From the human T2T-CHM13v2.0 reference genome, Homo sapiens, in assembly GCF_009914755.1 (NCBI RefSeq), contig NC_060928.1: 64,000 nt of DNA. One strand, given 5' to 3'. A program made the translations under genes and the position numbers. Positions 62,385 through 64,000 of this stretch are shown one piece after another. Under the pieces are notes generated by a model. It was given only the letters and a program-made list of their open reading frames with translations. It ran no database searches and was not told the DNA's origin. Within the stretch, counting starts at the first letter, position 1, and every line of letters begins with the position of its first letter.

Positions 62385-62773
62385 ATTGGAAAGACTACAC
62401 TTTCCAGCTTTCACACCTTTCATGAAGTGTGGCCTTGTCACGAATTAATTGGCAATGAAATGTAAGTAGAAAGAACATTGTGTGATTTCAAGGAAAACTC
62501 TGAATATGACTTTCATCTGTATTTTTTTTTTTTGTCCTTTCCTGTTCTCCTTCCATCTTGCTCCCTGAGAAGCAGATGTGATGGCTGGAGATCTCACGAC
62601 CACCTTTAGGTTTGAAAACAGGGGCTACGTGTGAAGGATAGAGGAGCAGAGACATGGAAGGAGTCTGGATTCCTGATGATGTGTTCTGTTTGAGAGAATG
62701 GAAGTTTTATTATACAAGCAACCACTTAAGTGAATTTTATTTAGCTTGCAACAAACCTAACCCTAACTGATAA
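62385..62773 (+). mobile_element. MLT1 (J-like) MaLR LTR
   Basis: GGCAATGAAATGTAAGTAGAA, GCAGATGTGATGGCTGGAG, GGAAGGAGTCTGGATTCCTGATGA, CCTAACTGATA. Confidence 0.7.
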
Positions 62774-63409
62774 TATCTAAGTCACTTCAGAGCCTTTTAA
62801 TGACAAAAGCCGAGTAAAACCCTGAAGATTGGCTGGGGAATGGTCTAATAAAGGTAAGATAAAAACTACTTTAATGAAGTTGTTTTTTTTTTTCTTAAAG
62901 GAAAAAGTCACTGTTGACCTGTTGATAATAGATTTGATGGTAAAGCCCGATGAGTTAGGCATTAAAGAAAAAAGAAAAACAAAGCAAAATGAAATAACCA
63001 AAGAAAACCCATAAGACAACGATTCCTCCCCACTGTAGCCACATCCTGCCCCTTGGTGGGCATTCATTAGTCATTCCTAGCCTCTCTCTGCCCTTCTCCT
63101 CATTCCATCCAGGGAAGCAAGGTACAAAATGAGCTTGCTTAGCTGAGCTCCCCACTTCTCTTTTCTTTCTCTTCAGAGTGCTACCTGTAGAAAACCAGAG
63201 TCTCTTCTGCTCCTCCAAGAAGAAAGCTATTCCATGACTGCATTTGAGAGCTGCCTAATTTAGGGGTTCAGTTAGCAGACCTATTTGACTTGTATATCCT
63301 GTAACTTAGCCGTTGTCAGTAATATCGGTGATATTTGCTTTGTCTTCATTTTCTATTCATTTTCCATCTTTCTCAGTTAGTTTAGAACTTAGGGAGGGAA
63401 AAATGTTGC

Positions 63410-64000
63410 TGTTATTTGGGTCTGCCTCAGAAGCAAAGATCTGATACAAATTCAAAAGTTTTGAGAATTAAGGCCAGAAGTAAAATTTTAGAGAGTTGGC
63501 AGAATAAATAGTAAAGAACCCAGCCCAGTTCCTCTCCCACTTTGTAAGTACCTAGGCCCCAAACAATTCCAAGTGGGGTGTTTCAGAAACCTGGTAGGAC
63601 ACAGATGCCAACTAAATGGGGTAAGAAAAAGAGAGACAAATAGAGACACTAGGCTGGATGCAGGGTCCTGATGTCAGTAACAGAGGGCAGTTACCACCCC
63701 TATTCTGCAGAGGCAAGGGAGGGAGTAGTTACAGGGACCTGCCATAGACAATGCTGTGTGGAGAGAACTGTATGACGGAATATGCCCTTTGCTCAAGAGA
63801 AGTTGCCAGCCTTTGGACACCCTGTAGGGAGGAACTTGGGATGTAAGCTCCCTGTGTCCACCTACCAGAGCTCATTATTGGCCAAACCCAAACAGAAGTC
63901 AGAAGGCACTGGAGCCTTCTGATATATGCATGTCAGGGGATGGGGGCCAGGACAGGATGGAGAAAAGGGTGGTGTGGAACTGGAGAGGCAGATAACCCCA
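63410..64000 (-). mobile_element. LTR33/LTR16-like ERVL LTR (runs to window edge)
   Basis: ATTGGCCAAACCCAAACAGAAGTCAGAAGGCA...GGAGAAAAGGGTGG...CTGGAGAGGCAGA. Confidence 0.6.

Overview
Catarrhine-primate (human-like) AT-rich genomic DNA dominated by transposable-element relics. I recognise no cellular protein-coding gene, tRNA, rRNA or CRISPR array. The ORF-track entries I can assign are fragments of L1 ORF1/ORF2/ORF0 or translations of Alu/LTR sequence; the rest look like short chance ORFs. 0.6-17.5 kb is a nested stack: an old L1M is split by a full-length L1MA2/3-type element (carrying a HERV-W LTR17 solo LTR, an Alu and a ~520 bp non-L1 insert), an L1PA8-type 3' end, an L1PB4-type element and AluYs. 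30572-36695 is a full-length but inactivated L1PA4/5-type element with a perfect 18-bp TSD. The rest is Alus, MIR, L2, MaLR/ERVL/ERV1 solo LTRs, MER82 and unique non-coding DNA. I found no new biological system. The most unusual signals are DNA-repair or template-switch scars: an ancient local inverted duplication with a shared deletion junction (12.7-14.0 kb), a 30-bp exact ectopic copy abutting a hairpin (44.7/45.6 kb), and several palindromes that replace L1 consensus sequence. Subfamily names are from recalled consensus motifs, not a RepeatMasker run, and old-repeat boundaries are approximate.
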